Below, piece by piece: positions 39,050 to 52,888 of a stretch of DNA of 64,000 nt. Below the pieces are notes generated by a model. The model saw only the letters and a program-made list of their open reading frames with translations. It ran no database searches and was not told where the DNA came from. Each line of letters starts with the position of its first letter. Position 1 is the first letter of the stretch. The DNA comes from Octopus vulgaris (taxonomy: Eukaryota): contig OX597814.1 of assembly GCA_951406725.2 (NCBI GenBank), positions 165,478,001-165,542,000 on the forward strand, written 5' to 3'. The position numbers were made by a program, and so were the translations under genes.

Positions 39050-41605
39050 ATATGTAGAAAATCGGTGCGTTTGTTTGTGACGTTGTTAGCTAACTCCTCC
39101 TACATCATTTTATTGATTTTGATGAAACTTGACATGTGAGTAGAACTCATGTCTGGAAATTGTTGAAAAAATCGATAATACAGCCCCTGGAAGGGATCTT
39201 TATATCTACCTCATGTAACTAATTTTTTTTAAACACCTAAGGGAAATAACCCATAGTACCTGCACAGTATATTTTTAAACACTCAAGGGAAATAACCCAT
39301 CGCACCTGCACTTACAGTTGTTAGTTTTTAGTGAAACGATCAATATTTGATTCTCATGATCAGCAGACCTAATTCTGCATTTCACTATTCACAGTTTTCA
39401 ACTGCTAAACCTTATTATTGCACTTTCTTGATGACTGTACACTTTCAATGTCCATAACTCCAATAATTCTGCATTTTGCCAGTTAAAATTTTTCGATGAC
39501 ACTACCTAAATTTTTGATTCCAGAACGTATTTAATAAGTGTGTCCCATTACAATGAACTCATACTTTGAATGCTTAAAAAATGAAACCAAACTTCCACAC
39601 CACATTCAGTTGGGACACCCTGTATCACTTATACTTATTTTACAAATCATGATATTTATTGCTTATTTACAGTTCATACAACATTTTCATGAAACTAATT
39701 GAGCCATCAAATTTAGAAATATTTTAAAGGTTTTATTGTTTATGTTCGAATACTTTGAATATTGATATTTTGTGTGTCTAATTTCTAATTTTTGCAGACA
39801 ATATCCCTTTTTTACTTTATTTGACATGTGAGTAGACCTCATGTCTGGAAACCTTGCGACATACTTAGATTGTTGAAAAAAATCAATAGGGCTCCTCCAA
39901 TGGATCCTTCTATCTACTACATATTACTAATATTTTATTTAAACAACCCAAGGGAAATAACCCATATCACCTGCAGTTTTTAGTGAAGTGATCAATATTT
40001 GATTCTCATGATCAGCCGACCTAATTTTACATTTCACTACTCAGTTTTCAACTGCTAAACATTATTATTGCACTTCCTTCATTTGAATCTTAAACCTTAA
40101 AGACTTCATTCATACATTTCTATACGTACATACTTTTTTGAATGCCCATTACTCTGATAATTCTGCATTTTTACAGTTACACGTTTTCCATGACAATAAA
40201 TATATTTTTTATTCCACAACATATTTATAATGGCTTCATGCAAGCATAGTGTGGATTCAATCTTTGATTGCCAAATTTCACTTAACACTTCAACAGTGCT
40301 TTTCTCACAGTAAATCAATAGTTTTTCTGTGAATGACAGCAGTTATACATTTCCGGATGCCTTTGCTAAGCAGAATTATGTCTTTGGCACTTGACCCTTC
40401 TAGCCCAATAAAGGCTGGAATGGAGATAACAGGCCTCCAACGAAATCATTTGTTCTCAACAATATGTCTATCCTTCTGGCTGTTATTTAATAATTATAAA
40501 AACAAGAACCCCGTAAGCTAAAGGCAGTTTCTGAGAGCAACCATCAGTGCATTCTTAAACATTAAACACTTCACTCATATATTTATATACATATATACTA
40601 CATTTATATATTACCATTAATAAATTACCCTTCATAAAGTTCACCGTTAAAATGTCACGACAAGTCAGAGTACTTTCTTGCCAACCTTTGAAAACCTCTC
40701 TCACTACTTCACTTTCCCTTCTTCATGCTGGAGCCATCCTAAGTGCACCTGGTGGTGTCCTCAGCAGATTCATTTGCATGCAAATGTTTACTTTGCAGCA
40801 TTTGTTTGCCGACTTATATTGGATCTTTTGCATTGAGGCATGGTGGAAAATTATCAGTTTACGCAATAGAAAAAGTCCTAAGGAAAAAGTGGTGAATGTG
40901 TAGCACTCAAAAAATAGTAAAATGTAATAGGCAAAAATGTTAATCAAACAGATTGAATTAAGGATTTTTAATTTTGGTTAAGAGTTTTAAAATGGCTAGT
41001 TTAAGTTGGAATAATTATATAAAAAAAGAGCGCTCACATGAAAACAGAGGCAAATCGTAACTTGCAAATGAATACAGCTGGCAGTATTGTTCAAGCACTT
41101 GATAAGAGGTCAACATAGCTGACACAGTAAAAACTTGATTTTTTCCAGTTGGGTGTGTCCCCCATTTTTTTGCTGGCTCAAGCCAAATCCTAGGCGAATT
41201 GAGAGTAGTCTATTTGTGTCGGGAGCGTGGAATTTCAAGGAAAAAATTATAAGAGAAAGTGTCCTGAGTCAAAAATAGCACACATGTCAAATTTGGTGAA
41301 ATTCAGTTGGAAATTGTAGGAGTAGAAGTTATTCACACAACACACAGACAACTTGCCTTTTAATATATAAGATCAAATATGTACCATTGCACAGACGTGG
41401 TGGGTTCAAATCCTAGGCAAATTGAGAGTAGTCTATTTATGTTGGGGGCATGGAGTTTCAAGGAAAAAATTATAAGAAAAAGCGTCCTAAGTCAAAGAGA
41501 GTACGCATGTCAAATTTGCTGAAATTCAGCTGAAAATTGTAGGAGTAGAAGTGGTTCACACAGCACACACACGGACAGACAACTTGCCTTTTAATATATA
41601 AGATA
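39050..41605. mobile_element. Cluster of Helitron-like fragments with internal duplications and a possible RepHel N-terminal relic
   Basis: Direct duplications ~39130-39430/39820-40080 and ~41185-41372/41407-41602, ending cttttaatatataaga. Minus-strand MPQCKRSNISRQTNAAK at about 40840. Confidence 0.45.
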
Positions 41606-44175
41606 TATATAAACAAGTGAAGATGAGATTGTGGGTTCAATTCCCAGACTGGTATTGCATTGTGTTCTTGAGCAAAGCACTTCATTTCATGTTGCTCTGC
41701 AATCATTTCAACATCTGACATGTGGCACCCGTTGCACTTGCAAAGGTAATGTTGATCTGACAGAGGGAGTGAGCTTATGTCTACACAAACATTCGATCAC
41801 TATAAACAAATCATTTGTGTGGTTGTTCAGTAAAGAATTGTTGAACCCTCATACATCGTCAAATTTTAGGAGAGTCCATCATATATCATCATCATCGTCA
41901 TTTAATGTCCGCTTTCCATGCTAGCATGAGTTGGACAATTTGACTGAGGACTGGCGAACCAGATGGCTGCACTGGGCACCAATCTTGATCTGGCAGAGTT
42001 TCTACAGCTGGATGCCCTTCCTAACACCAACCACTCCGAGAGTGTAGTGGGTGCTTTTACATGCCACCGGCACGAGGGTCAGGCAGGCGGTACTGGCAAC
42101 GGCCACGAAAAAATCATGTTTTTTTACATGCCACCTGCACACCAGCATAAGTGCCAGCACATTCATATTAATCTTCAATTAATCGTGATTTATTTTGTAG
42201 CTTTGAGATTCTGATGATGTGCTTGTTTATTTGTAGAATGATATTGTAGAGTAGATGCGAGAGATCACATCTGTCCTATTTGAACATAAAACAGGTAGAA
42301 TATTTTGGCCACATATGGCTGGTTTAAATGCTAAAGAGTTAAGATGATAAAGTATGATTTAACAGAGAAATTTTGTGTCTATTTTCAGCAGACTAAGAGA
42401 CCACATAGAGGCTTCTTCATTGGACACATATGTTACATGTGGTCTTAACAGTAGCCATGAATTGTAATCCCTTAAGCTCTGTTGTTGTTGTTTATCACTA
42501 GATCAGCCTCAGCTGAGCAGATCTATGATCAAAGATATCTCATGTATGATCATTCCATCTTTAATTTATTTGTATCTGGAAATATGAAATACAATGTGGC
42601 CTTTCCTTTCTTCCACAATGTGATTCGAATATTTGGTAACTATGTCTAGCAGGTCAATAGCCTCACGGAGTTCCTCATAGTCTACTGCTGTTATTGTCAA
42701 TGTTGGCAGAGGTAGTTGGCTACAATATTAGAGGTAGTGGTAGTAATGTTATTGTAAACTAAAAATGTTTGGTGGCTGATTGACGCAACTGAGTTCACAG
42801 TCATAATGTATCTGCCTTAACCAAACATGTTTTCCAGTTGGATAGGGTGGGGTGAAACTGCTAGAAGTAAATGGGTCAGTCTTTATTCATGTAGTATTAT
42901 AAACACATAAACTATAAATGGAAACATTTACTTTTCAAAATCATCTGTTGCTTTGCATGTAGTAGGGGAGGTATGTGAGATAGATAAAGAGACAGAGAGA
43001 GAGAGAGAAAGAGAGAGAGGGGGGATGTATGTATGTGTGTGTGTATGAGTGCACTTGCAAGGCTGTGTTACTGACAAACAGTAGGGCAATGATGACCCAA
43101 CAAGATTCAGGCTTGCCCTCATTGGCTATACATATGTTTGATTGCTTCAGTGTATAAAAGCAGAGTGGTTATTGAATCTATTCCCTTCAACAGAAATATG
43201 GTAAGCCAGTTCAGAGCCTGTGATTGAACCTCTACATGAAATGGTAGCTAACCACATCATACTGCGTTTGAAAACAAAAATATATTGGATAATGGGTTTC
43301 TGGGTGTACTGAGTCAAGGTGGAAGATGAGATGTTCACATCTGAAATACTTTTTGAAATAGTTTGATTTAGAGCTGACTCGGAGTTAAGCATCATCAATG
43401 ACCTAAGACTTCTGCCCCACCATACAGCTATGAATTAGAAGTTGGACAAACAATATACATCAAATGTATAAACAATATACATCCTGTGCCGGTGGCACGT
43501 AAAAAGCACCTACTACACTCACGGAGTGGTTGGCGTTAGGAAGGGCATCCAGCCGTAGAAACATTGCCAGATCAGACTGGGCTTGGTGCAGCCTTCTGGC
43601 TTCCCAGACCCTAGTTGAACCGTCCAACCCATGCTAGCATGGAAAGCGGATGCTAAACGATGATGATGGAGAGGCTTGCATACTTGTTAGAACTGCCAGA
43701 AATAGAAGCAAACAAAAAAAAAAAAGAAAAAAAAACGATAGCCACAGCAGAAGAGTGTTTGGCCAAAGTTCTACATGTTCACTTCACAGCTGATTAATGG
43801 TTAAACAATAATAGCAACGGTTGCTACCAATGACAGCAGCATCTTCACCATCTATGCCGCTATCATGGAAAATGATCTAAAGAACAATTTATCATGATTG
43901 CAGAAATACTTGTCTATTTGTTGCTTGCTTTAAGAGTCGCTTAGAAATAGATGATGTACAGACACTATAAAATCTACACTTTGCAACTAATACTATGAAA
44001 AAAAGAAAAAAACAAATGGTTTGGTTGACTGCTAGCCACTGCAATTAAATGATGATAATTAGACTGAATAGACTTGAAACAGTTTTGACTATATTTTGGC
44101 CAATATGTATGTGTGTGTGTGCTACATATGTATATCTATATAATAAATATGTATATGTATATACATATACGTGTA

Positions 44176-44219
44176 ATGATAAGTGCCAATGCATGAAACT
44201 CTCGGACCTTGAGTCACTC
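44176..44219 (+). ncRNA. Decayed, 5'-truncated hammerhead-like motif between TA microsatellites
   Basis: aTGATAA-GTGC caat GCAT-GAAA-CTC(9 nt)GAG-TC; no stem I partner. Confidence 0.3.
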
Positions 44220-44238
44220 TGTTACTTCTGCTAATTAT

Positions 44239-44274
<36 letters not shown>

Positions 44275-44275
<1 letters not shown>

Positions 44276-45470
44276 CTCTTTTACTTGTTTCAGTCATTTG
44301 ACTGCGGCCATGCTGGAGCACCACCTTTAATCGAGCAACTCGACCCCAGGACTTATTCTTTGTAAGCCCAGTACTTATTCTATCGGTCTCTTTTGCCGAA
44401 CCGCTAAGTGACGGGGACATAAACAAACCAGTATTGGTTGTCAAGCAATGCTAGGGGAACAAACACAGACACACAAGCACATATTTATATATACATATAT
44501 ACGACGGGCTTCTTTCAGTTTCCGTCTACCAAATCCACTCACAAGGCTTTGGTCGGCCCGAGGCTACAGTAGAAGACACTTGCTCAAGGTGCCACGCAGT
44601 GGTACTGAAACCGGAACCATGTGGTTGGTAAGCAAGCTACTTACCACACAGCCACTCCTGTGCCTATATATATCTTTTATCATTTATCTTTTACTTGTTT
44701 AAAATAGTAGACTGTGGCCATGCTGGGGCACCGTCTTGAAGAATTTTTAGTCAAATGAATCAACCCCAGTACTTTTTGTTTTTAAGCCTGGTACTTTATT
44801 GTTCTCTTCTGTCAAACTGCTAAGTTACAGGGACATAAACGCACTAACACCAGTTGTCAAGCAGTAGAGCAGAGGGGACAAACACAAACACAAAGACACA
44901 CATATATATACACAATAAGCTTCTTTTATATTCTGTCTACCAAGTTCATTCACGAGGCTTTGGTCAGCTGAAGGCAATAGAAAACACTTGCTCAAAGTGC
45001 CACAGTGGGACTGAACCCAAGACCATGTGATTGGGAAGCAAACTTCTTACCACACAACTACGTTTGCATCTATATATAAAACAATACATATATTATATAT
45101 ATATAATATAGGCGCAGGAGTGGCTGTGTGGTAAGTAGCTTGCTTACCAACCACATGGTTCTGGGTTCAATCTCACTGTGTGGCACTTTGGGCAAGTGTC
45201 TTCTACTATAGCCTCGGGCCGACCAAAGCCTTGTGAATGGATTTGGTAGACAGAAACTGAAAGAAGCCCATCGTATATATGTGTGTGTGTGTTTGTCCAC
45301 CCAACATCGCTTGACAACCAGTGCTGGTGTGTTTACGTCCCCGTAACTTAGCGGTTCGGCAAAGAGACCGATAGAATAAGTACTAGGCTTACGTCCTGGG
45401 GTCGATTTGCTCGACTAAAGGCAGTGCTCTAGCATGGCCACAGTCAAAGGACTGAAACAAGTAAAAGAGT
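44275..45470. mobile_element. Three tRNA-derived SINEs of one family: 44275-44665 (-), 44690-45065 (-), 45110-45470 (+)
   Basis: Head ggcgcaggagtggctgtgtggtaag...gggttcaatctcac; body ggatttggtagacagaaactgaaagaagccc; tail gactgaaacaagtaaaagag. Other copies at ~1400, 16870, 27240, 35370, 58245 and 63565. Confidence 0.85.
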
Positions 45471-45529
45471 ATATATATATATATATATCATCATCATCAT
45501 CATCACTTAGCGTCCATTTGTCCATGCTC

Positions 45530-46868
45530 AGAAATCTTATAAAATACTCTTCTTTTGCTTTCCGGAGAAGATCATTCTCTTCATTTATTTTATGAAGATG
45601 GAAAAGTGTAAATTTTCCTTGTGCACAGGTGTCCAAATGATTGTTACATGCTATGCATCTAAGTGCAGAATGTTTTATTTGATGTCTGTGCCCATTTATC
45701 CGGTTGGTTAGTTTCATTTTTGTTTCCCTAATATAATGTTCGTTGCATCATGGGCATGTGATACAATATATCAGGTTTTTGCTTTTACAGTTCATATTTG
45801 CATTCACCTTTAATTTTTTTCCATTCTTGAATTTTTTGGCTGGTCCCTGTTCTATTAAATCACATGTCCCACATCGGGGGTCTCCACATTTGGTAACTTG
45901 CATTATTTCTTCCTCTGATGCAAATCTTGCTTTTGTTAGAAATTTCTTAGGATTTGGTGGTTGCCTTCAGCTGTTGATTATTTGTCGGAGACATAGGGAT
46001 TGGTGTAGAACAGGTAGAAGGCATTTGGCTGTTTGTAGAATATTGTGGTTCCTGGGATTGTGGGTGATAACAAATGGGATATTTTTATGTTCATTTTTCC
46101 ATTTATCCTCAGTATGAGTGTTATTTCTTCTTAGTATAGAAATTGGGATGTTTTTAGCTTCAGCTATTGCTTGGTCTATTAGTATGGTAGGGTATTTTTG
46201 TTTTTTAAGGAAAAAGTTTAGCTCTGCAAGTCGTCTTTCTCTTCTATTTGTCTCCGAAACTACTGTACATATTCGTCTGGCCATATTAAAGGGTATGTTC
46301 CTTTTTGCAAGGGAAGGATGGCAAGATCTGAAGTCTAAATATTGGTGTGTGTCTGTGCTTTTATAATAGAGGTCAGTTGTTATAATCTAATTCTCTTTAA
46401 TTATTAAGATATCTAGGAAGGGGAGTTCATTTTCAATCAATAGTAGATTTTTTTTCCCAAATAACACACACACACACATATATATACATACACATACATA
46501 TTTATATACATATATACACACATAAAGCAAAAAGCAAACATTGAATGATGATGATGAATATTGATAATATATAGAATAAAAATATATACATCTATATGTT
46601 CTATTTGTGTGAGTGTGTGTGTATATCATCATCATCATCATCATCATTTAGCGTCCGTTTTCCATGCTAGCATGGGTTGGACGGCTCAACTGGGGTCTGT
46701 GAAGATGGAAGGCTTCATCAGGCCCAGTCAGATCTGGCAGTGTTTCTACGGCTGGATGCCCTTCCTAACGCCAACCACTCTGTGAGTGTAGTGGGTGCTT
46801 TTTACGTGCCACCCACTATATATACATATACATATATACACATACATATATACACATAAATATACATA

Positions 46869-46909
<41 letters not shown>

Positions 46910-47885
46910 ATACGCATATATATATATATATATATACACACACATGGACTGATCCATGAATACTGTTTATTATTTCAAAAATTTTTTAAGGTCTTTCTTA
47001 CTTTTGTTCCAGAATATAAAGCAGTCATCCAAGTATCTTTTCCTAGTTTCCCACTAGGTATGAGTGGAAGTTTTGGCCAAAAGAAATCTGAGATAAGCAG
47101 TAGATTTTTTTTTCCAAATAACCCATTACTAGTGTGGCAAGTGCAGGTGCTACCCTGGTACCCATTGCAGTTCCATGTATTTGGAGGTAGCATAGGTTGT
47201 CAAAAAAGAAGTAGCAGTAGCCCTTCAAGTATGAACTCCTTGGAGAATCTTTCTTGAATCCCTTGTGGGTGTTTGTGTATCCAGAACTCTACTGATTCTC
47301 ATCCTAGGTTATGGGGGACATTGTTGTAGAAGGTGACTACATCAAATCTGACTAACATGGTTTCTTTGTTCACTCTTTTTGGAATCCATATCATCTCTAA
47401 TAAAACTAAGGACCAATTTACATAAGGGTTTTAGAATTGTGTCAAGCAAGTAGCTTAGTCTTTGTGTGCTTGATGCTGGTCCTGCTACAATTGGTCTTAA
47501 TTTAAGATCAGATGGTCTGGGAATCTTTATATAGGGAGCCCGGATGTCCTTCAAACAGTTCTTGATTTCTTTAGATTTGTGGATTTATGGAAGACCATAG
47601 AAGTTACTGGTTTTTGCTACAAATTTAGTAAGGTAATCTAACTCCTTTTTTCTAAGTGCATTTTTATATGTGTTTGCAAGTTTACTAATCTTATTTAATG
47701 TATATATATCTAGATTATTTCCTAATTTTTTGTAGTGTTGGTCATTTACATGATGAAGGAGCAGTTCTCTATAATGGAGTTTCTCCATTATGACAATTGC
47801 TCTTCCTTTGTCTGCTTCCTTAATAATTATTGAGTGACGTTTTTGTAAAGATTCCAAAGCTTCTTTTTCTTCATGTGTAATATTT
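45530..47885 (-). mobile_element. Disrupted Penelope-like retroelement (RT + GIY-YIG endonuclease), interrupted at ~46436-46970
   Basis: IIIKEADKG, LRPIVAGPAS, QIHGTAMGTRVAP, YLDD (~47025-47036), RRICTVVSE, and GIY-YIG-like NLIYCITC..C..HYI.ET..LTNRINGHR. Confidence 0.88.
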
Positions 47886-49546
47886 GATTATGTATGGCCT
47901 ATATATCTATATCTATCTATCTATGTATATATATAACAATTGCCCCTCCTTTGTCCGCTTCTTTAATAATTATTGAATGACGTTTTTGTAAAGATTCCAA
48001 AGCTTCTTTTTCTTCATGTGTAATATTTGATTATGCATGGCCTATATATCTATATCTATCTATCTATGTATATATATAACAATTGCCCCTCCTTTGTCCG
48101 CTTCTTTAATAATTATTGAATGACGTTTTTGTAAAGATTCCAAAGCTTCTTTTTCTTCATGTGTAATATTTGATTATGCATGGCCTATATATCTATATCT
48201 ATCTATCTATATATATATGTATATAACAATTGCCCCTCCTTTGTCCACTTCTTTAATAATTATTGAATGACCTTTTTGTAAAGATTCCAAAGCTTCTTTT
48301 TCTTCATGTGTAATATTTGATTTTGCATGGCCTATATATATATATCATCATCATCGTCGTTTAACGTCCGCTTTCCATGCTAGCATGGGTTGGATGGTTC
48401 AACTGGGGTCTGGGAAGCCAGAAGGTTGCACCAGGCCCAGTCTGATCTGGCAGTGTTTCTACAGCTGGATGCCCTTCCTAACACCAACCACTTCGTGAGT
48501 GTAGTGGGTGCTTTTTACGTGCCAGACGAGGCTGGCAAACGGCCACGATCGGATGGTGCTTTTTACGTGCCACCGGCACGGAGACCAGACGAAGCTGGCA
48601 ACGGCCACGGTCGGATGGTGCTTTTTACGTGCCACCGGCACGGAAGCCAGTCAGGGCGGCGCTGGCTACGGCCATGTTCAGATGGTTCTCTTACGTGCCA
48701 CCGGCACTGGTATCACAGCTACAAATTCCACTGATGTTGATAGATTACGATTTTGATTTTCACATGCTTCAACAGGTCTTCACAAGTGGAGTTTTGTGTC
48801 CCAAAAAGGAAAGGAACGCATAAGTGGGCTGGCTACATCCCAGGTAGAGGCCACGGGCTTATGGCTTCACCTGTCCTGCAGGGTCTTCTCACGCACGGCA
48901 TACTTCCAATGGTCTCGGTCTCGAGTCATTTCCTCGGTGAGACCTAAAGTTCGAAGGTCGTGCTTCACCACCTCGTCCCAGGTTTTCCTGGGTCTACCTC
49001 TTCCACAGGTTCCCTCAACCGCTAGGGTGTGGCACTTTTTCACACAACTATCTTCATCCATTCTCGTCACATGACCATACCAGCGCAAACGTCTCTCTTG
49101 CACACCACAACTGATGCTTCATAGGTTCAACTTTTCTCTCAAAGTATTTAAACACTGACATTACACATCCATCGGAGCATACTGGCTTCATTTCTTGCAA
49201 GCTTACGTATATCCTCAGCAGTCACGGCCCATGTTTCACTGCCATGTAGCATGGCTGTTCATACACATGTGTCATACAATCTGCCTTTTACTCTGAGTGA
49301 GAGGCCTTTTGTCACCAGCAGAGGTAAGAGCTCTCTGAACTTTGCCCAGGCTATTCTTACTCTAGCAGTTACTCTTTCAGCACACCCGCCCCTGCTACTG
49401 ACTTGGTCACCTAGGTATGTATATATGTATATATATATATATGACAATTGCCCCTCCTTTATCCGCTTCTTTAATAATTATTGAGTGATCATTTTGTAAA
49501 GATTCCAAAGCTTCTTTTCCTTCATGCGTAATATTTGATTTTGCAT

Positions 49547-49586
<40 letters not shown>

Positions 49587-49740
49587 TTATATATATGTAT
49601 ATATATATATGATAATTGCCCTTCCTTTATCCGCTTCTTTAATAGTTATTGAGTGACCTTTTTGTAAAGATTCCAAAGCTTCTTTTTCTTCATGTGTAAT
49701 ATTTGATTTTTGCATGGCCTATATATATATATATATATAT
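47790..49740 (-). repeat. At least six tandem ~140-150-bp units (Penelope RT fragment + TA microsatellite), split by an RTE insertion
   Basis: acaattgcccctcctttgtccgcttctttaataattattg...gcatggcc(ta)n at about 47794, 47936, 48079, 48226, 49445 and 49612. Confidence 0.9.
48344..49414 (-). mobile_element. 5'-truncated RTE copy
   Basis: YLGDQVSS...AWAKFRELL and QERRLRWYGHV ORF pieces plus the 3' region and tail. Confidence 0.92.
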
Positions 49741-49954
49741 AATAATAATAATTTGAGGGAATATTATTCCTAACTTACAGGGAAAAATTCAATTTAGAAA
49801 TACTAAACCAAATTTCATAAAATATAATATATATATATAAATTAGAAAAAACCACCTTTTATCAATTCAAAATGAAAAAAAGTGTGTGAAATCGATGTTA
49901 ATTAAATTACTATCTAATTTTTCACCCTCATTTTAAATATATGTATATATATAT

Positions 49955-50002
<48 letters not shown>

Positions 50003-50007
<5 letters not shown>

Positions 50008-50280
50008 AATCAAGGAACGGCCATAATAGGCCATTCACCCACTAGAAATAACAGCCAAAGCTTCAACCACAAAATAACATTAATTCCGCAAACCAGGAGA
50101 AAATTTAAAAAAACATTTACCCTGTAATTTCTTATACGATGCACCGTATAAGAAATTACAGGGTAAATGTTTTTTTTAATTTTCTCCTGGTTTGCGGAAT
50201 TAATGTTATTTTGCGGTTGAAGCTTTGGCTGTTATTTCTAGTGGGTGAATGGCCTATTATGGCCGTTCCTTGATTGTGAT
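50003..50280. repeat. Near-perfect spacerless palindrome (~139-bp arms) inside a TA microsatellite
   Basis: atcacaatcaaggaacggcc...cttatacg-atgcac-cgtataag...ggccgttccttgattgtgat; only a few mismatches. Confidence 0.92.
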
Positions 50281-50378
50281 GTTGAACTTATAAATGGTCT
50301 ATGACTATTTAATTTTTTTCCCACTAGGCCGCTGGTGGCAAAAAAATTCTACGAAATTTTTTGCCACCCTATATTGAT

Positions 50379-50427
<49 letters not shown>

Positions 50428-50899
50428 GCACAGATTCTATTTTATTTTGTTTAGTCAGCTAAAGACAGCAAGCTGGCAGAACTGTCAGCATGCCAGGTAA
50501 AATGCTTAGCAGCATTTCATCCATCTTTAGGTTCTGAGTTTGAATTCCACCAAGGTCGACTTTGTCTTTCATCCTTTTGGGGTCAATAAAATAAGTACCA
50601 GTTGAGCATTGGGGTCGATGCAATCAATTTATCCCCACCACAAAAGTTGCTGGCTTTGTGCCTAAATGTGAAACTGTTATTATTAGTCAGTGCCTGCATG
50701 CACACACACACACACAATTATGTACAACACAAATGTAGAAACACACATTTACCTATATGGTGCTGGTGGGAATGTAGGGAATTTATGTCAAGAGACAGGT
50801 GGCAGCAGTGGTGGGCTTGTATGTCCTATAAAGTACAGGTTAACTCTTATGTCCTATAAAGTACAGGTTATCTTTCTATAACTTCTATTTGTGGTAACA

Positions 50900-52335
50900 A
50901 TGCATCATGTAGCTGTGTCAATAAAATTTCTATTTCTGTATTGTTCAGCAGGCTCTCATGTCTATCATTAACCTATTGATAAAGTATCGATGTACATTTC
51001 TTATCTCTATAACTCTCCTCGTGTCCTTCCATCATTTCAGCTAAACTGTGAGCTGTTTCACCAATAAAGATTTGGTAGAGTTTCTGCATTTGTCCTCCAT
51101 GAAGTTTATCTGATATACTACATTCTTAGCTTTGCATTTTATCTTAGGGTTCATATTACTATACAATTGCTATTGGTACAGGTGGTGCTATTCATGCACA
51201 CACATATAAATTGAATCTATCTGATCTATTCCTCTTTCTGGTTCTTAGAATTTCTCCTATACAGCCCATGTAATGAGTAACAGTATTGAACCTTTGTATT
51301 CTAACCCCACCTATCACTTTACCTCTTTTTCCCATTAGGATACCTATGTATACAAGACTGTATCAGATCTACTCATATAAGATACACATCAGCATCACTT
51401 TTTCAGTGTTGGCAGCCATTCATTTGTTGATATCCATTACACACGTCCATCTCTATTAACATCAATCATTTGAACTTTGTAACAGTAGCAATAATATAGC
51501 TGCTCTTGTTTTTCTTTCAATACTCCTATCATTCCCTTCTCAACTACCCTTTCAATCAGCTCATTGCCTTTTTATCATCCACTACCTTTCTTAAGCAGAT
51601 AAGGCCGAAAATGTCGCTAGAAGCTGGCGTAGATTGGCATATTTCGGTCATATTATGCGGAGAGAATCCCTGGAGAAGGACATCATGCTCGGAATGGTCA
51701 GTGGCAAGAGAGGAAGAGGCCGACCAAGAACCTGCTGGCTTGACACCATCAAGAGTGATACCGGAATGGACATGACCAATCTGAAGGAAGCGGCCCAGGA
51801 TAGAACTGACTGGAGAACACTGATCCAACGAGTGACCGAGAGTTGACTTTGACTGAGCGGATAGAGAGAGACCTTTCTTCTATTATAATTTTGCCTCCTT
51901 CACACAGTCACCCTGGATCTTCTATCACTGTTCTCTCTTCTCTTCATGTGCTCTTGGGTTTAATGTTTCGAACAGAGATAATGGTAGAGTAATGAGAATT
52001 CTTTACTCATGCAGGAAACTTTCTTCCACGTGTATAGAATGTGGTCAACCTTTTAACTTTCTCGAGGCACTCCTCTATTTTTTCTGTTGCGGCGACCTCT
52101 ATCTTGTTCGAGGACATACACAACGTCCTGTATATTACCGTCCTCTTCGCTACGCTGTTCATCAGTTCTTCTGGAGGAGTCAGCTTTAGACTAGCTCCCT
52201 CTTTTTTTTACTAATTTGTTTCCTTCCCTCCACTTTCTTGTGTCAATTTCTATTTCCTGTACTTCCAAGGTGTTGGCATTTATTCCTTGGGTTGTTGCCA
52301 CTGCATAACTTCGTCTATTCTCCACTTCTTCCATA
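50900..52335 (-). mobile_element. Decayed L1/Tx1-like ORF1 relic, interrupted by an RTE 3' fragment
   Basis: MEEVENRRSYAVAT...KRTVIYRTL...IEECLEKV..FYTRGRKF with stops. The family call is tentative. Confidence 0.35.
51575..51870 (+). mobile_element. 3' fragment of a BovB-like RTE LINE
   Basis: AYFGHIMRRESLEKDIMLGMVSGKRGRGRPRTCWLD...AAQDRTDWR. Confidence 0.85.
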
Positions 52336-52888
52336 GATGGACAATATACAGATGCAAACAAAACAGTGACTAAAATTCAACAAATCTTGGTTCACCCATG
52401 CGGGGAGACCTACAACAAACATACAATATCAATGTGTAATGATTTGAACTCATGTTGAACAAATCACTACCAACACCCATGAGTGGGAATCATCAGCTAG
52501 TAATGAAAACTCATTCCACTCGCAAAATACTATATGCTTTTTCCAGCGACAAACTGTTGCTGATCTTGAAAAAGGAGAAATAAGCTATATTAAATCTCTG
52601 AGTGAGATATAAACAGTAGCAATATGGAATCATAACATATAAATGTCAACCAAGTGTGGCGTCCTAAAAAGGACAGTGCTACTGACGTTTATAGACTCAG
52701 GAAGACATCTCTTCCAGCTGGCTAACGACACTCATTGTGTCCGAATGTTATTTGTGAGGGTAGGTCATTGCTACCAGCTCTAGCCTTACTCGCAAAATAC
52801 TATATGTGAGATCAGCAACAGTTTGTTGCTGAAAAAGTATTTTGTGAGTGGAATGAATTTTCATCACTAGCTGGTGATGAACACACAC

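Noticed and set aside
43910-43964. Minus-strand VCTSSISKRLLKQATNRQ as NOPCHAP1 exon 1 (SKELL-like)
   Set aside because: The only GT donor is phase 0, giving a stop in the next exon, and there is no nearby in-frame Met.
45110-45185. tRNA gene
   Set aside because: The A/B boxes run into a multicopy SINE body and there is no convincing cloverleaf.
52470-52500. Minus-strand CTGATGA followed by a CCCA/TGGG hairpin
   Set aside because: No GAAA follows, and the plus copy reads CTGGTGA.
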